From: Eutreptiella sp. 'Long Island Sound 2002'
Lineage: Eukaryota > Protista > Euglenida
Assembly (NCBI GenBank): GCA_964036045.1
Contig: OZ038378.1
Span: 84,878,001-84,942,000, forward strand
DNA: 64,000 nucleotides
Reading direction: 5' to 3'
Positions 63,201-64,000 of this stretch are shown here, piece after piece. The translations under genes were made by a program, and so were the position numbers. Within the stretch, counting starts at the first letter, position 1. Each line of letters begins with the position of its first letter. The notes below the pieces were generated by a model. That model was not told the origin of the DNA and made no database searches. It worked only from the letters and a program-made list of their open reading frames with translations.

Positions 63201-64000
63201 TTGGGATTTTGGGGGCTTGGCATGCTTGCCAGCCTAGAATTTGGCACTTTGGGAGTTTGGCGGCATTGGAGGCCTTCCAACTGAGACAGCACATGGCATT
63301 GTTTGTTTTTGGGCGCCTACGAAGCCTACTAGCCTAGGACATGGTATTTTGTTTGTTTGGGGGGGGCTAGAGGCCTTCCATGCCAAGACATGGCATTTTG
63401 GGATTTGGGAGGCGTGGAAGGCCTTTAAGTTTGGGGCATGGGATTTGGGGTTTGTTGACCTAGGAGGCCTCCCAAGCAAGGACATGGCATTTTTGGGTTT
63501 GGGGGGCTTGCGAGGCCTGCCATGCAAGGAAGTGGGTTCTTTGGATGTCGGGGGCTTGGGAGGCCTCCTAGGCTAGGACATGGGATTTTTGGTTTTTTGG
63601 GGGCCCGGGGCGCCTTCCATGCTAGGACATGGCATTTCGGGATATTGGGGCCTCCACGGCCTTTTAGGCTAGGACATGGCATTTTGATTTTTGCTTTTGG
63701 GCGGCCCCCGAGGCCTCCTAGGCTAGGACTAGGGATTATGGGATTTGCGGGGGCTAGGAGGCCTCCCAGACCCCAAAATGCCAAGCGAGCACATTTTTGG
63801 ATTTGGGGGACTAACGTGTCCACTTGTGGGCCATTGCTGACTTTTTTCCCCGCTCTAAAGCGTTGGGGACCCCCCAAGACTGCAAGTGATATGTAGCCAA
63901 TTTGCCCGTTTGTGGGCCAGTGCTGGTTTTGATTCCCGCTTTGAAGCGTAGGGGACTCCCTAGACGGTAGGTGTCGTGTAGCTAGTGTGTGCGCTTGTGG
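57300..64000 (+). repeat. Higher-order repeat array with short (1440-1448 bp) and long (~1662 bp) units
   Basis: TTGAAGCATTGGCGAATCCTAGACATCGTG at 57811, 59251, 60699 and 62362. A ~215-bp segment present at ~57460, ~62015 and ~63677 is missing at ~59110 and ~60560. Confidence 0.92.

Larger units (their letters stand above)
52665..64000. repeat. Complex satellite of alternating blocks of an ~80-bp monomer and an ~45-60-bp monomer
   Basis: Monomer 1 is GGGTTATGTAGCCAATCTGCCCACTTGTGGGCCACTGCTGATTTTGTCCCCCGCTTTGAAGCGTTGGGGACCCC. Monomer 2 is GGCATTTTGGGATTTGGGGGGCTTGGGAGGCCTCCYAGGCTAGGACAT. The block at ~53330-53860 is inverted. Confidence 0.93.

Noticed and set aside
52648-63896. Gly/Pro/Trp-rich ORFs in the distal satellite
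   Set aside because: Open on both strands, broken by homopolymer indels between near-identical HOR copies; not coding.

Overview
Repeat-dominated eukaryotic DNA with no prokaryotic operons or CRISPR arrays. A euglenozoan-like flagellate is plausible but is only inferred, from the retroelement type and a basal-body gene. Only one intact host coding segment was recognised: a GC3-rich exon at 43601-44134 encoding the N-terminal CFAP20-like domain of a WDR90/POC16 homologue. The rest is nested repeats. (1) A decayed tyrosine-recombinase retrotransposon with YR before RT and RNase H (1-~5000). (2) A ~23-kb macrosatellite with a ~4.1-kb period (5810-28958) carrying a precise internal inversion and several insertions. 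One 1.6-kb insertion holds a 36-bp repeat ORF fused to three tandem beta-tubulin-derived modules; others are a Gypsy fragment and a 3.6-kb block with a 50-bp minisatellite. (3) Two copies of an unknown Trp-rich ORF family, one with a poly(A) tail and a 20-bp TSD. (4) LINE remnants, a stand-alone RNase HI pseudogene and a tRNA-like cloverleaf. (5) A two-monomer satellite with 1.44/1.66-kb higher-order repeats (52665-64000) interrupted by a 1491-bp non-autonomous hAT element. Most ORFs in the six-frame track are by-products of repeats. All protein assignments are by-eye motif recognition against recalled consensus sequences; no searches were run.
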